A stretch of 63,352 nt of DNA, the filler included, from Choristocarpus tenellus KU-1152 (lineage: Eukaryota; Protista; Phaeophyceae), in NCBI GenBank assembly GCA_964200185.2. It is 12 parts of 12 records of this genome, joined end to end, with 100 filler letters (N's around TTAATTAATTAA, not from the genome) between each part and the next. Parts side by side here need not be neighbours in the genome. Positions count along the whole stretch, not along the records: positions 9,659 to 15,254 come from CAXNAD020010297.1; positions 15,355 to 22,007 come from CAXNAD020007646.1; positions 22,108 to 24,808 come from CAXNAD020025518.1; positions 24,909 to 29,901 come from CAXNAD020012249.1; 8 more parts are not named here. One strand, 5' to 3'. Shown here piece after piece: positions 11,711-25,169 of the stretch. How positions within the stretch are numbered: the stretch's first letter is position 1; every line of letters begins with the position of its first letter. The position numbers and the translations under genes are program-made. The notes below the pieces were generated by a model, which saw nothing but the letters and a program-made list of their open reading frames with translations, did no database searches and was not told where the DNA came from.

Positions 11711-11970
11711 GAGTGAAAGTATCTTAGAGGGTACGACTTTTGCCCTGTTTGTCCATTTGAGGCTTGGCTTCCCACAGGGTTTTTTTATGACATTTTCCTA
11801 GTCCAAAATATTTCTGAGTAGGTAAAATGTAAACGATATGAAAGGGTGTGTCCGGAACAAGGATATTGACACTTCTTAACAAACACGATAGCCAAAATTA
11901 CATCAAAATTGTAACATTGGATTTTGCCCCCCAAATGGACGCGACTCTACCCTCTAAGATACTTTCGCTC
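11711..11970 (+). mobile_element. MITE family A copy 2
   Basis: gagtgaaagtatcttagagggtac ... ctaccctctaagatactttcgctc. No clean TSD (taatt/taatg). Confidence 0.92.
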
Positions 11971-11983
11971 TAATGGGACATGG

Positions 11984-12241
11984 GAGTGAAAGTATCTTAG
12001 AGGGTATGAGTTCTGCCCCGTTTGTCCCTTTGGTGCTTGACTTCCCATGGGTTTTTCTATGACATTTTCTTGCTCCAAAATATTTAAGAGAGGTAAAATA
12101 TATACGTTATGAAAAGGTGTGTCTGGAACAAGGATATTGACACTTCCTAACAAACACGATAGGTAAAATTGCATCAAAATCACAACATTGGATTTTGACC
12201 GCCAAATGGACACGGCACTACCCTCTAAGATACTTTGGCTT
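11984..12241 (+). mobile_element. MITE family A copy 3
   Basis: Full TIRs; 4-bp TSD ATGG; 13 bp downstream of copy 2. Confidence 0.92.
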
Positions 12242-12961
12242 ATGGGCGTGACGGTGGGGACAACAGACATGAGGATTACATCCCACACGTAGGCAGGTAG
12301 AAGAGGTCAGGGACTGGGGGCAAAACGACGAGGGTTGGCATCATGCTCTGGCAGCTGTAGAGATGTATGTAGTACCATATACAGCACATTAAGTAAATCA
12401 AATCTAACGTCCTATAATGGTGGTGGAAAACCGCATTCCAGGTGGAGGGGTACAAAAGTATTTTGAATCCCTGGAATCCCATGTCACCTCCCCTCCTTCC
12501 CTTCTACATACTTGTAGTCCAACCAGTTTTATTGAAGGCATTATTGAGGGGATGGTTTTTGACCTATTGTGTGATACCATTTTTTAATGCTCTGTGGCAG
12601 GGCCCCGACCCATGGTGCCTTCATTAATAGTTTGGAATTACCTTTAGGCAACATTGAAGGTCAATGTGTTAAACACTGACCGCACAACTACACATGTACT
12701 AGTAGTACGTTTAACTCAACCATCAAAGTTCGCACAGATAGGCAAGCGCAGATTCTCCCCCCTTTCGCAGTCCCACAAAGATTAAAACAGAAAGACAGAG
12801 ATCTCCTCGTGAGCAAAGATGAGTAGGTGTAGTAGTGAGTGGTTAAATACCCTTACTCCACATCACAGTAGAGGTTTTTGGGCCTTCACCAGCACCCCCA
12901 TCCTATGTCCAAGAGTTGAGAGGTTAACCTTGGTCACAGATGGACCATTGTAAGTGATAAA

Positions 12962-13219
12962 GAGTGAAAGTATCTTAGAGGGTACGAGTTTTGCCGTTTT
13001 TGTCCATTTGGGGCTTGGCTTCCCACGAGTTTCTTGCGACATTTTCCTACCTAGAAACTTTTCTGAGTAGATAAACTGTATACGTTATGAAAAGGTGTGT
13101 CCGGAGCAAGGATATTGACACTTCCTAACAATCGCGGTAGCCAAAATTACATCAAAATCGAAACATTGTATTTTGGCCTCCAAATGGACGCGGCTCTACC
13201 CTCTAAGATATTTTGCATC
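12962..13219 (+). mobile_element. MITE family A copy 4
   Basis: Full length; flanks aaa/aaa. Confidence 0.9.
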
Positions 13220-15212
13220 AAATACCATTTCCTGACTAAGTATCTCAGTACGGAATCTTCAATTACGTGTTCCGGCCCAGGGTGTTACATAAAACAACAC
13301 TAATATCCTGATGACAAGTTCACTCATATCGGTCAGAAAACGGTTTGGTTCCTTACCGATGTGCCACTGGAAAAATAGTCAGGATTTGGGCATTCAATTA
13401 GGATTGTTATTGTATCCAACGTCTCCACTCTGTAGCTGATTGAATTGGGCATTGAACATGCCCACATACACATTCCAGTCGTTGCTCTGGCATAATTTGT
13501 GGACTGAAAAAAATAGTGGATTGACCATAAGTTCTTTGACTTTGTCACTCTGCAACGTTACGTACCCAAGACCATGTATTATGATTATTGCCCACCAACT
13601 GCTTTGTCTTTGCTCATTGTCGGTATGGCACGGGGCAGTAGACCACCTCATAAGTGTGTGTGTTATGTGGATCTGATTCTCTCTGGTATGCGTGTTTCCT
13701 AGTTATATCCACCATGTTTAGTGCCTGTGAGTACCGACAATGACACCCTTCTCACTGTGTGGGGAGTGTTGGGCTGACCCGGTAATAGTAAGATATTATC
13801 ATAGTGCCTATTACTACACCAACGGGGTGAATATTTCTTGGAATACTGTCCCCCTAATACCTCTGTAGAAATTTTATGAAGAAATCAAAAATATATGTCA
13901 TACATCAATTTCTGTGCATATGTCAGAACACTTTATACCTGGAGAAACGCAGCTAGCTCTCCTCCAATTTAGTGTTTCCACAATGACCACAGCGAGCTGC
14001 CTACTTAGCTACAGGAGAATTTATTATTTTGAGGGGATACCATAGTTGAATACGTCTATAAACGCGCAAACAACACCCCCGCCTACGAAAAAGCGATGCT
14101 TGTGTCATAATAGGAAGATTCCACCCCGCTTTGCAACTATTAACCACATAAGTCAAGGGCCGGAATGAAAAACATTATGGTTGCTGCCTGCCCATTGAAG
14201 CATGATAGCTAGTTCTGAGAAGAAAGGGAAGAAGATTGAGCGAAGTCTCTGAAAAAATAACCATCAATTTGATAGTAGAGAGCCAAGAGATTCCTCAACA
14301 AAATGTTCAGATGAAAACTAACTGGAGATGGTTGGGCTCCAAATGGCAAAGAAACACACAAGGAGCGCATGGATGCATCGATATACACAACGCACAAATC
14401 AAAACAACTGCACATTGTGGCCTAGAGTTTACGCAGTTTGTATTGTTGTGAAACAACACGTTTTGGGGAGCATAAAAACTGTATCAGCTCAGAAAAAAGG
14501 TTGTATGGACTTGCTAGAACCGAAGTGAGCGTAGAGCACATGAGTTGTAGTGATGTGAAAGAACCCCTGGACTGGTGAGGGGTCCCCCCAGAGGCAAAAT
14601 TGTTAAGGTATTGGTGAATTAACTTTTCATGCTCTCATCCCACTACCGGACACACTCACTCCATCGTCACATCTGAGAGAGCCTTAAAAACGAAGTTTGG
14701 CTTAGGACTGAAGCATATCTAACTGAAGAGTTGTTCGGAATACAGTAAGTACCTTGGAAAATATATAATTTACTATTTAGAGTCCAGTAAAGAGGATGCC
14801 TTTGGACATAACTGCTTTTATATGAATATTTTTCTATTCGTGGGTAGATTATAGAGTTGTGGCTCCACTTTTCCAATATTTTGAACGCATTATTTGCCAT
14901 CCTTCGCAGTCTGGCATACATCCAACTTCAGACGAACTTTTGCGAAGGAAAAAGAGGTGCACATTATCTGGATCGTTTTTTTTTTAAAAGGCATTTTGAA
15001 CTACTGTTTAGAAAAGATATGCATTCTGAGTTTGCTCGTGTAGGTAGGAATAGTCGTAACATGCAGTGGCCAGTTTGGCCAAGCGTACGAAATTTGAAGT
15101 CATTTCCCCCTATCACTGGAGCAACTTATTGTCACTTCTACGACTCTCATCGGTCATTCTGGGCCTTTCACCCTTAACAAGGCCTCACTTTTACGAGTGT
15201 TGCCTGGTGCAT

Positions 15213-15254
15213 GGGTCGAAGTATCTGGGGGGGGGGTGGTGGTTTGTGAGTGGG
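15213..15254. mobile_element. MITE family B terminus (cut by contig end)
   Basis: gggtcgaagtatctggggggg...; matches the reverse complement of 1-72. Confidence 0.7.
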
Positions 15255-16433
15255 NNNNNNNNNNNNNNNNNNNNNNNNNNNNNNNNNNNNNNNNNNNNTT
15301 AATTAATTAANNNNNNNNNNNNNNNNNNNNNNNNNNNNNNNNNNNNNNNNNNNNGGTCATCAGAGTTGGGGTGGCTGGAAATCAGTGGCAAAGGGGTTTT
15401 GCCCTGGTTGGTCACAAGGGGGGTTAGAATAGGGAGAGGAGAGGATTAGGGAGAAATGCAAAAATAGAAAATAGAAGAAGAATAATAATCCAAAATTCGT
15501 GAGCAAAACAAATTGGAGTACTACACTAAAGTCAACTAACTACGTTGGTAACTCCATTAATTTAGTGTGGGTTCGAAAGAAGCTAGAGAGGAACAAAGTA
15601 CAATTCGTTTAATATTTTTTCTCGTTGAGTTACAGTACTTTTTTAGTACTGTTCTAAACAACTTATCCACCTAACAACCAACCATGAATGATTTGTATAG
15701 ATTGTAGGATGAAAGATACTAGATATTTTCCAAGCGGCAACAGAGAGGCATGGACGGAACAGATGAACAAACATCGAAACACGGAGAGATTGAGAATGGT
15801 TGTCTTGAATTTTGTAGTCTATGTGGAAGTGAGGGTAGTAGTGTCCGACATAACGTGGCGTTAGTTAGCTCCACTTGAACACTCGGCATGAGTACCACTG
15901 TGGAAGTGTCAAAGGCACCAAGTTCTCTGCTCTAGGGGGCAATCACAATCACCGGACTGAAACTCCTTCACCTCAGAGGGTGAGAACGAGTTTCAAAGGC
16001 CTTGCTTTGGCTCAACATCCCAGAACAGATGAGGAAATCCAGTACAGACCAAAAACCTTAAAACACAACAGACGTTCCCGAATGACTGAGCAAAGTCACA
16101 GCAAAGAAATGGATCGGTCAGAATCGGAATGGTTCTTCGTTCTGATAGTCCATTTTGGGTGTTTGGTCAAATGCGGATTTATGGGTGCGGTTGGTTTATT
16201 GGACTGACTGGTCGGTATGGATGAGCTCAAAGGACGTGGTTGGCGCGCGAAATTGTATATGACCGCGCGTCTTATGCATAGTGTGTGTGTGTCGGAGATC
16301 CCAAAAAAGGAACCTGTCCCTGACATCTACTACGATTGTAGAGGACTTCTTCTGTCCCCGTCACAACATTTCCTTTTGTTATGTACAGGTGCAGCATTTC
16401 GTTGGGTTAGTTTAGGAAGTACTCTATCACGGT

Positions 16434-19400
16434 ATGACCTCGACATTGGTTAATGAGATGGACGAAGGATACGACGGACAGAGAAGAGAGAAGGAAGATC
16501 TTCCATATCCATCATTCTCTGAGTCAATCGACACAATAGGGTTGGGTCGGTACCAGTTGGTGCTCCTGTGCATCTGTGGAATGGTAAGAAACACTCCCAG
16601 AGCTAGGCTAAAGGGGAGGTCGGTCGATGAGTGTAGGTTATTTCATGCCCGCGAACCTAATTACTATCTCACCTTTTCCTTTTGCGCGTTTGTGTTTTTT
16701 CCCAGGGACTAGTTATTGATGCTATGGAAGTCTTGGTGATTGCATTTATACTGGACGATGTAGCTGTTCGCTTTGACCTTGGCGACGTGGCGAAGGGTTT
16801 ACTGGGTAGCGCAAGTTTTCTCGGTGAGACTGGAGGGATATTAGGGTGTTCACCTTTGCGCACACGATTGACGACGGATTTACTGGTGGGATGGATCAAC
16901 TTTTCTCCTTTTGGGTGATCCAGGTCACTTCTGCACTCTAGTCTGGTGTGGTAATGGTTTGTCATTTTGATCGTGGGTTGGAAGTCGTGGTTTTGGTTGC
17001 AGTATTGAGCATCTGGTAATAATAAGCAACTGACAACACATGTCAGTGTTCTCGTGATTCTCTCTGATCTCAACTTTTCGCGAACCTGATGTTCTGACGA
17101 TCTGACATTTGACTACAGGTCTATGCATTAGTGCATCCCAACTCCCTTCGAATAAACCTTTTGTTGCCCTCGTCTCTCCGTTCCCACCTCCCTCACGATC
17201 AATTGAACCTTCTGGCCCCTCTTTCCCCGGATATCGTCGGTTCATCCGCTGACCCAAAACTATAAACGAAGGCATGCTCGTAGGGGCCATCTTCTGGTCG
17301 GTTCAGGCAGACCGCAGTGGGCGACGCAGCGCCTTCATCCAGTCCATGGCATTTGTCTTTGTTTGCGGTGTTTGCTCGGCCCTAGCACCCTCTTATTTGT
17401 CACTTCTCGCCTTCAGGACTCTTGTGGGTTTTGGCGTCGGTGGAAGTATTCCTGTTGCAAATGCCCTATTGGCCGAGTTTCTCCCCACCAAGGACAGGGC
17501 CACCTATATCAGCTACCTTGGGTTCTTCTGGGGGCTTGGAATGCTTGCCGTCCCCCTCTTGGGAATGATTCTGTCCAACACTGTGGGCTCTGGGTAAGAT
17601 TAACACCTTTTGATTGGTTAACAGTCTGAAGTGTCAGCAGAAGCAGTTGGGTTGGGTGACTACATATATACTGGGATAAGAAGGAAACACTTTTTGAAAG
17701 AGGATTGAATACCCAGCCTCCTTGCCAACATAATACACTGATATTCTTGGAAACTCAGCTTGATGTTGATGCATGATGCGAATGTGTAACCTCCTGCACC
17801 TCATTTGGTACTGTTATTGAGGCAAACTTCTTCCACAGTAAGATGGAATAAGTAGTGCCCTGCACATTGTTCCTGATGATACAGAGTGGCTGTGACTGAA
17901 AAATCGTGTATGCTTGAATATAAGCACCAGTCCACTTCACATCCCATAGGAGAATACCACACCTAATTCGCAAAGTGGTGTAGGAGCTTACTCTCCCTGT
18001 GCTGTAGCTCTCTTATTTTGTGTACCATGTATTTGTGTGTGATATGCCACAATTGCAGTTACATCAATGCTCAAAACGTGCTAATGTGTACTACAATACG
18101 ATACTGTATACACAATTGATGTGAACCCCCCTCCAGACTTGGTCGGGACATGTTGGTGTTCCTGTGTAGACCTATGAACTGTGATGGGAGACCAGCCTCT
18201 CTTGCATAGCTCAACAGAGTTGAACTTTCTTCGTTTTGAGAGTCACGAAAAATTTCAGCAGTTGAAGGATAAACCAAATCTGTACAGCACACCTCCCCAT
18301 CTCACCATCCCCATCTTGCTACAAACCCCCTGTCCCCTCTCTGTGTTTCACGCTCTCCTTGTACTTTGTGCAAAAAGCGACTCATCCTTCCCTACATGGC
18401 GCTGCTTTCTTCTGCTGGCAGCCCTACCCAGCCTGATCCTCACACTGGCATACTTTGTGCTTCCAGAAAGCCCTCGTTACTTGGCGGTGATGGGGAGGCA
18501 TCAAGAAGCAGCAGCGGTGAGAGGACTTGACATCTATCATAACATGGATATGGTGGTTTGTTGCTGGGCAATGATTGACTTATCTGTGACTTCAACGAGC
18601 CAATAGCTGATAAAGAAAAAATGGGGAAATGCCTGAGGCAATGACTGGGATTTTGCGCTGCGCAGCAACCTTCACCTTCCTCGTAGTTGTTTTTTCATTG
18701 AACGATAAGCACCCATCCACCCGCCCCCTGCCCAACAAGCATATATGGCCATGCGTATGTTTGTACACGCAAGCACTCAAGCATACAAAACAGAATAGTG
18801 CTTGCTGCTTTTTTTGAAAGAAGCATCGTAAATGTTACGCATATCCTTCTTTTCCTTCTTTTCAGATCCTCGAGGATGTGGCATGGACCAACAGAGGAAG
18901 CCGCTCATTTTTGAAGCTGACTTCAGGCCAAGAAAATGGTAACGTTCTTTACAAAAATATGTGTTTTATATACCAGGGACTGCAATCTGCTGTCATCGGT
19001 AGGTAGGCATGGAAGGTCACTGTAACAACAAAGGTCAGGTTGAGTGAAAATCTCAAGGGGAAACAAACTTCCACAGAGGCAGCAAGAGGTATTGACTTTG
19101 CCAAGCAAGACAGTAATCACAGCCCAAGCCTTTTCTTTGCACACAACAAGATCCCCTCCAATTGTGGTAGCCTCATGCCCCATTAATCCCTGTGGTTATT
19201 GTGATGTGTGTTGCAGGGTTGTAGTGTGGCTAAAAAAAGCAAGTGACAGGAAGACTAAATATTTTTTTCCAAGTCTGCCCTCGCCATGCCTTGCAGTATG
19301 TCTTCTTATTTATTCCCAGGTCTCCACATTGTAGAAATTATTTCTTTCACTCTGTGGCCACTTCAACTCCTCTTACCATCCCCTACATATCCCCTGCCCC

Positions 19401-22007
19401 TGCCCCAACCTCTTGGCCTAGTGTTGATTCTCTCCAACCCCCCTCCCCCCCCCTGTTTCCATCCCTTGCCCCCCCAATCCCCTGCCCCTTGGGTGTGAAA
19501 GGGGGTCAATGTGAACCTTCTCCCAATAATGCCACTGACTCATCAATGCACTTTCAGGCAGGGTGGTCACAGGAGGGACGCATTAACAATCTAAATTACA
19601 ACTCCAGTTCTAGTGGCGATCTAGCAACAAACTCCAAGGGCAATGATGTTGAGGTGGGGGACAGACTAATGGTTGCACCCACGGGGTCAGGGCAGGAGCA
19701 GGAGGTGACAATCGAGGAAGGGGAGGGTTGCCAGGACTGGACAGGAGATGTGAGGGAGCTGTTTCACACACTGAATCTTCAAAGGGTCACATTTAACATT
19801 TGGGGTCTATGGTTCTTTTCCAACCTCAGGTGTGCATCCTTACACATTATTTGAGTGTTGTGTGTTTGTGCTGAGCGGTTCATAGCTGTATGACACAAAA
19901 CTGGGTGATACCTTTGAAGCAGTGCATAGCATTCCTTTGGAGTAAATTCTCTAGAGTATACAGTGTTAATTAATCGTTGTAAGTAACACTAGTGGTTGTA
20001 GGTACGACAGTACTGTTTCTTATTTTATTTTATTATTTGGTTTGTATCCATGTGATTCTATTGGTTGATATGCTGCTATATTAAATATCCCCTGCCCCAC
20101 TGTGAAATACTCTGTATTACATATTTTACATGCCCCATGTTTTTTTTTAACAGTCAGCTAATGCCAGCTAATGCCCACTAGATATCATACGGTACTTTTT
20201 GTCATGTATGCATGGGGGGAATATGCTCAAGTGCTTGTTTTGGCATTGATGGTGCTTTACCCTTGATGGTATTGTGATGTATGCTTGTGTATTCTTTCCT
20301 CTGTTCAGCATTAGTTTGAACAGTTTGGAGGACAGGCTATGCGTGTACGAGGTGATATGAGATATTCATTGTTCTTGAGGTGGTCTTGCAAAATAGGAAC
20401 ATTGTGATGTTACCCCAAACTCTCAGCTCCATCTCAGTTTGCCTCTTCTCTTCTTACACATCACCCGCTGCAAAGCACCAAGAAACGCCTTCCTGATGTG
20501 GAACTTTTCCTCATCCCCAAATTGTTCAAACTGGTGTTGAACAGAGGAAATATGTATCACAGTGATTAACTCAACCACCCAATCTGGTTGATAGGTTCCT
20601 CCAGCAGCAGGGCAGTAGGACGCAGGGTGTCTTACCTACAGTAATAACAATAGTAGTAGTACTCAGGAGTATGCATTGAAGGTTGAGAGCTCTTGTATAG
20701 TCCAATAGCAAGCAACACGTGAGAGCCCAACAGCTATACGCTTGGCAGGTTGTGTACTATGATATGTAATGTGCAATGTGTGCACATGTACATTTAGAAT
20801 ACACCAAAAAAGAAGTGTGCTTCTGTCTCTGTCTGTGTTACGTATATTTACGTGTGTCTGTGTCTGTGTGTGTGTGAGTGAGTGAGTGAGTGAGTGAGTG
20901 AGCCATTAGCATGTCCATTTCTGTCGCAATCCTTTATAAGTAATAGTTACAATAAATAACAGGATTCGTCTGAGGTGTGAACGTGTCTTATTGGCTGGGT
21001 GTGATAGGTAGGCCTACATTTATTGGCCAAAATGCTGATTTCTGTATCGTGGCCACTAACTACCCCCTCTCTATTATTGTTGTATGGCCATTTTGTGTAA
21101 ATCTTGACACAGGATTAATCTCTCCCAAACCTCTTACTCCTCAGCTACTACGGGATTCTCTTCATGCTTCCAACTTACTACAAGCGCTTTGAGAGTTGGA
21201 ATGGAGGGATCTACCTCTATGCCACCTTGGGGAACATCATGTTCTTTCCAGGTACATACTGTCCTAACATCTAAGTTTTTTTTTTTAATATGAAAAATAT
21301 GTTTCATATGCAAATGAGTCAAAAGTGCACAATGAGTGTGTCATACGAAAAGACGATGTTATAGTCGTGTTTTTAGGGGGTTCGAAAAGCCTTTTCTTTC
21401 ACCCCACTGTCCCCCAAGGTAAATGTAAACAAAAAGTGTGGATTTGTTTGTAAAATTGGCCAATAAAATCAACTCATCTGTATCACGGCATCCAAGAGTC
21501 AACAAGCAACCAGGCACGCAGCAGGTGAAGAAGATAGATTTTTTTCTTATTTTTTTTTAGTCCTTGCTGGAAAGAACCATCCTTCTTGATGGTGACAAAT
21601 GATGGTCACATCTCCAACCGCTCTTAACATATATTAGGAATTGTAGTCCCAAGTGTGAAGGAGAAGAAGAAGCATATGTCACAATGTCACAATCCTCACG
21701 TTATGGATTGCCGCTGTCATCTCTCCAGTCCTTCCTGCAACCATCAACCTAACTTACAGTGCAGCCGTACCACTGGAGTTATTTCAAGTGCATGTCAAGG
21801 ATCGCTTCCTCTCAAACTCACTGCACTAAAAATATATATTTTTATTTCTTTATTATTATTATTACGTTTTTTTGTACCATATTAATGTAATTGTTTCTTA
21901 CAACTACACCGACCAGACCCCCCCCCCCCCACTGGCAGGGGTTCTTATGGGAATGTGGCTATGCAGTGAGAGGAGGCTGGGGAGAGTGTGGGCCTTGTGG
22001 TGGACAT
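16434..22007 (+). CDS. MFS transporter, SV2/SVOP-like (sugar porter/organic cation superfamily), 3'-truncated by contig end
   Basis: Exons 16434-16583, 16706-16823, 17272-17593, 18378-18516, 18866-~19000 (end uncertain), 19558-19829, 21145-21251, 21939-22007, with GT-AG junctions that are phase-compatible except around the uncertain exon end. Motifs IGLGRYQL, DAME, ADRSGRR (MFS motif A), RTLVGFGVGG, AEFLP.KDR, LPESPRYL, SYYG. Confidence 0.93.
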
Positions 22008-22107
22008 NNNNNNNNNNNNNNNNNNNNNNNNNNNNNNNNNNNNNNNNNNNNTTAATTAATTAANNNNNNNNNNNNNNNNNNNNNNNNNNNNNNNNNNNNN
22101 NNNNNNN

Positions 22108-23947
22108 GGGACAGTGGATAAGGGCACTGCAGCTGATGGAGGGTTTTGTAGCAAGGGGGATGGAACCCACCCCGCCGGTGTACTCAGCGATCATCAGTGC
22201 CTGTGAAAAGGTGCACCTTGTTATGACGCAATGTGGTGTGGCATAAGTTATTGTATTATATTATATTATATTATACAAACCATTTCATTTTTTTGTTTGA
22301 TGATTGTTCGCATTCCTAGGTGTAGATGATGTTTTTGCAAACACCCCCCCCCCCGTCCTGTGTACATTCCCTTGATTATTATTTTTTTAACATTATTTGT
22401 ATTTTTGGTGTAGTATTAGGGTTGTTATGTTAAGGTTTGAGCATGAAGAGGATTGTAGTAGTGGTAGTAGACACTGTTAACGTCAAGGCCATTTGAGATG
22501 ATTAACCCTAACCCTAACGTAACCCACTGATGACGGTTTGTTCGGCAGTCTCCCAGAAATTATTCTCTTACGAAGGAACAAGTAATAGGTTGAATAATTG
22601 TTCTTACTTACGACTTTTGATACCTAATAGGTAGATTGTGTGCGTATTAGTGAGGGTATTGATGCAGTACTTCAATAAGAAATCAGACCAAAATTTAATA
22701 CACATTTCTCTGCTGCCGCATGTGTTTGTGCACATTCCGCCTTCCCCACTCCTGGCAAACCTCCTTTGTTAGGGTTAAAGTTAGGGTTAGGGTTAGGATT
22801 AAGTTTGAGATTTGTTTTTTCGGGGTTTTATGTAATTTTAGGTAATTCTTTTATGGGTCGTTTTTCGAATGTGTGTGTGTTGTATTGTACCCCTTGAGCT
22901 GTAGAGCACAAGAGCTGCAAAGGAATATTATTATTATTATTATTAATGTTGTTGTTGTTAAAATAATAGAGTATGTCAACATTGTTACCCCTCTAGGGCA
23001 GCCAATTAGATAATACTGCTATCAACATTAGATATCAGTATGAGATATGGTTATGAGATATTGATGGGAAATATATCTATTGCTTGTTATTGGTAGGATG
23101 TATTTGTGTGTGTGTGTGCCCCCTATCGTTACCATTATTAACCATTATTAACCTGTAGTCTTTAATCTGCTATGTACTATTGCTATTATTTATTGTATAT
23201 CATCTATCTTGTGACTGAGACTTACTTGTAGTTTTACCAATCCCCCACTCCCCCCCCTGCTTATTTTTAATGATGTTGATGAGATTACATATGGAACACA
23301 TGTATCTAATTATCTAATTATCTAGTGATCTAATGTACAGCTAATTCTATCAGTTCTATAGCCACTGCATAGTATTAGTCTTGATAAAGATATATAAAAG
23401 GTGTATAATGGTGTTACAGGATGACCTCAGGTGATGGGTCTAATTTCACATTTCCTCCTGATACAGTCCACTTCCCTCTCATTGCCCCTTCACTATATAC
23501 TTTAAAAAATAGTAACTGTAATGATTCATAATCTCTTGGAACTACATATATCAATAAAAATACCAGTCGAGATTTAGATGTTAGATGTTGATGGTTTTAG
23601 ACCTCAATTATTCCTCACCCCTTAATTATTATTATTATTATCACTATTATTATATTATATTGTATTTTTGTGGTTGTGTCCATGTAGACACAAATTTGAC
23701 AATTAGAAAGAACTGTGTTCCTTGATGTACCTGTTGGGTTGGATTGATTGATTTATTTTATTTATTTTCTGTTGTGTGCTGTAGGCAGGACAGTGGGAGG
23801 CAGCTCTGAGCACTCTAGAGCTGCTGCTTGCTACCAATGCTCCCCCTAAGAGATGCCAGTGGTCGTACAATTCCACTATCAGTGCACTGGCAAAGAGTGG
23901 ACAGATGGAAAAGGCGCTGGAGTTGGTTGAGAGAATGAAGGCGACGG
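22108..23947 (+). CDS. Pentatricopeptide-repeat (PPR) protein, internal exons
   Basis: Exons 22108-22210 and 23785-23947: GQWIRALQLMEGFVARGMEPTPPVYSAIISACEK|AGQWEAALSTL...SYNSTISALAKSGQMEKALELVERMKATG. This fits the ~35-aa PPR consensus. Confidence 0.92.
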
Positions 23948-24908
23948 GTGAGAGAGGGAGGAAATTGTAGAGGTTGGGGCTATTTCCATTAGATAGAGCC
24001 ACAAGTGCTTCTCATCTGTTGGGCAGTTGTAATGGAGAAGTGTTTCTATTGGGTCATTGGGATAATAACAATGATAAATAGTCATATACTGATGGTAGAA
24101 ATGGATGTGTCTAATAAAAAATAAAATATCAATCTTGACACGATTTGTGTGAGTTATTCTTTATTTGTATATTATGCCCCTAGGGTGAATATGTGTAGGT
24201 TGGAGAGACGGAATGTTTTCTTAGTATGAGGTAGGGCGTGCGTGTTTTATTCATTTATTTATTTTCAGGAAATAAGTTGTGGATTTTGACATGTGATGCT
24301 TATTATTGTTTTATTATGATAGACTTTCTTCCTTCTTTTGAAATGTTTCTTTTTTATTTCTGTAGTTTTATTTTTTGGTGTATGACAAGGGTTAGGGTTT
24401 GTCTCTTTTATGTTATGTTATGTTATGTTATGTTACGTATGGTATACCGTTTCACACTTGGGATTTACCCAATCGCGTCAATGAAATGATCTCTTCAATC
24501 CATATCTGTCGATACAATGTCATATTATTATTATTATTATTGTTTTTAGTTCTTATTTCTACTTTTCTTTTCAAATGGAGGGGAAGATTGTGTATCCCTT
24601 CTCTATTTTAATCTAATTAAATATATATATATATATATACGTGCTTCAAGTATGAGATTTGTATGTAAGGTGTAGAGGTCGAAAATGTTTTTTTTTGCAT
24701 TTTGTGTTCATGAGAGTACACAGGGTGTTTTTCCGGGAGGGGGGGGGGGGGGGGGGGGGAGGGGGGGGGTTGTTTTCACATTTACAAATAATCTTGTGGG
24801 TGGGGTAANNNNNNNNNNNNNNNNNNNNNNNNNNNNNNNNNNNNNNNNNNNNTTAATTAATTAANNNNNNNNNNNNNNNNNNNNNNNNNNNNNNNNNNNN
24901 NNNNNNNN

Positions 24909-25169
24909 GGGTCGATTTGGGGGTTGCCATGTCAAGTTTCTGACCCTCGATGTGCTCAGTTCTGGCCTCGAAATCACCCCAAAAGATCCCTCTACTTTGA
25001 CGGCTTGAAGCACCTCAAGTTCATACCTGATAATCCTCGACCCCCACCTTTTCTGAAAGCTGAGATTGTCAAACCGATTTTATTCTATGGGGTAAATCGT
25101 CCGATTGGGCACCATTCTTGCTCAGCGAGCCCAGATGTTTTGCGGCACAAACTAATGGCACAGAGGGAG
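24909..25169. mobile_element. Tc1/mariner (Stowaway-like) non-autonomous element end
   Basis: Ends ...ggcacagagggag|TA (reverse complement TA|CTCCCTCTGT, the Stowaway-type terminus). The other end is off-contig. Confidence 0.5.

Noticed and set aside
11947-12288. Recurring peptide SQAPNGQTGQNSYPLR in several ORFs (also at 42757, 53577, 60051)
   Set aside because: Translation of non-coding MITE family A; frames and stops are not conserved between copies.
19243-19854. 203-aa Pro-rich ORF
   Set aside because: The first half is C-rich intron; only 19558-19829 is MFS exon.
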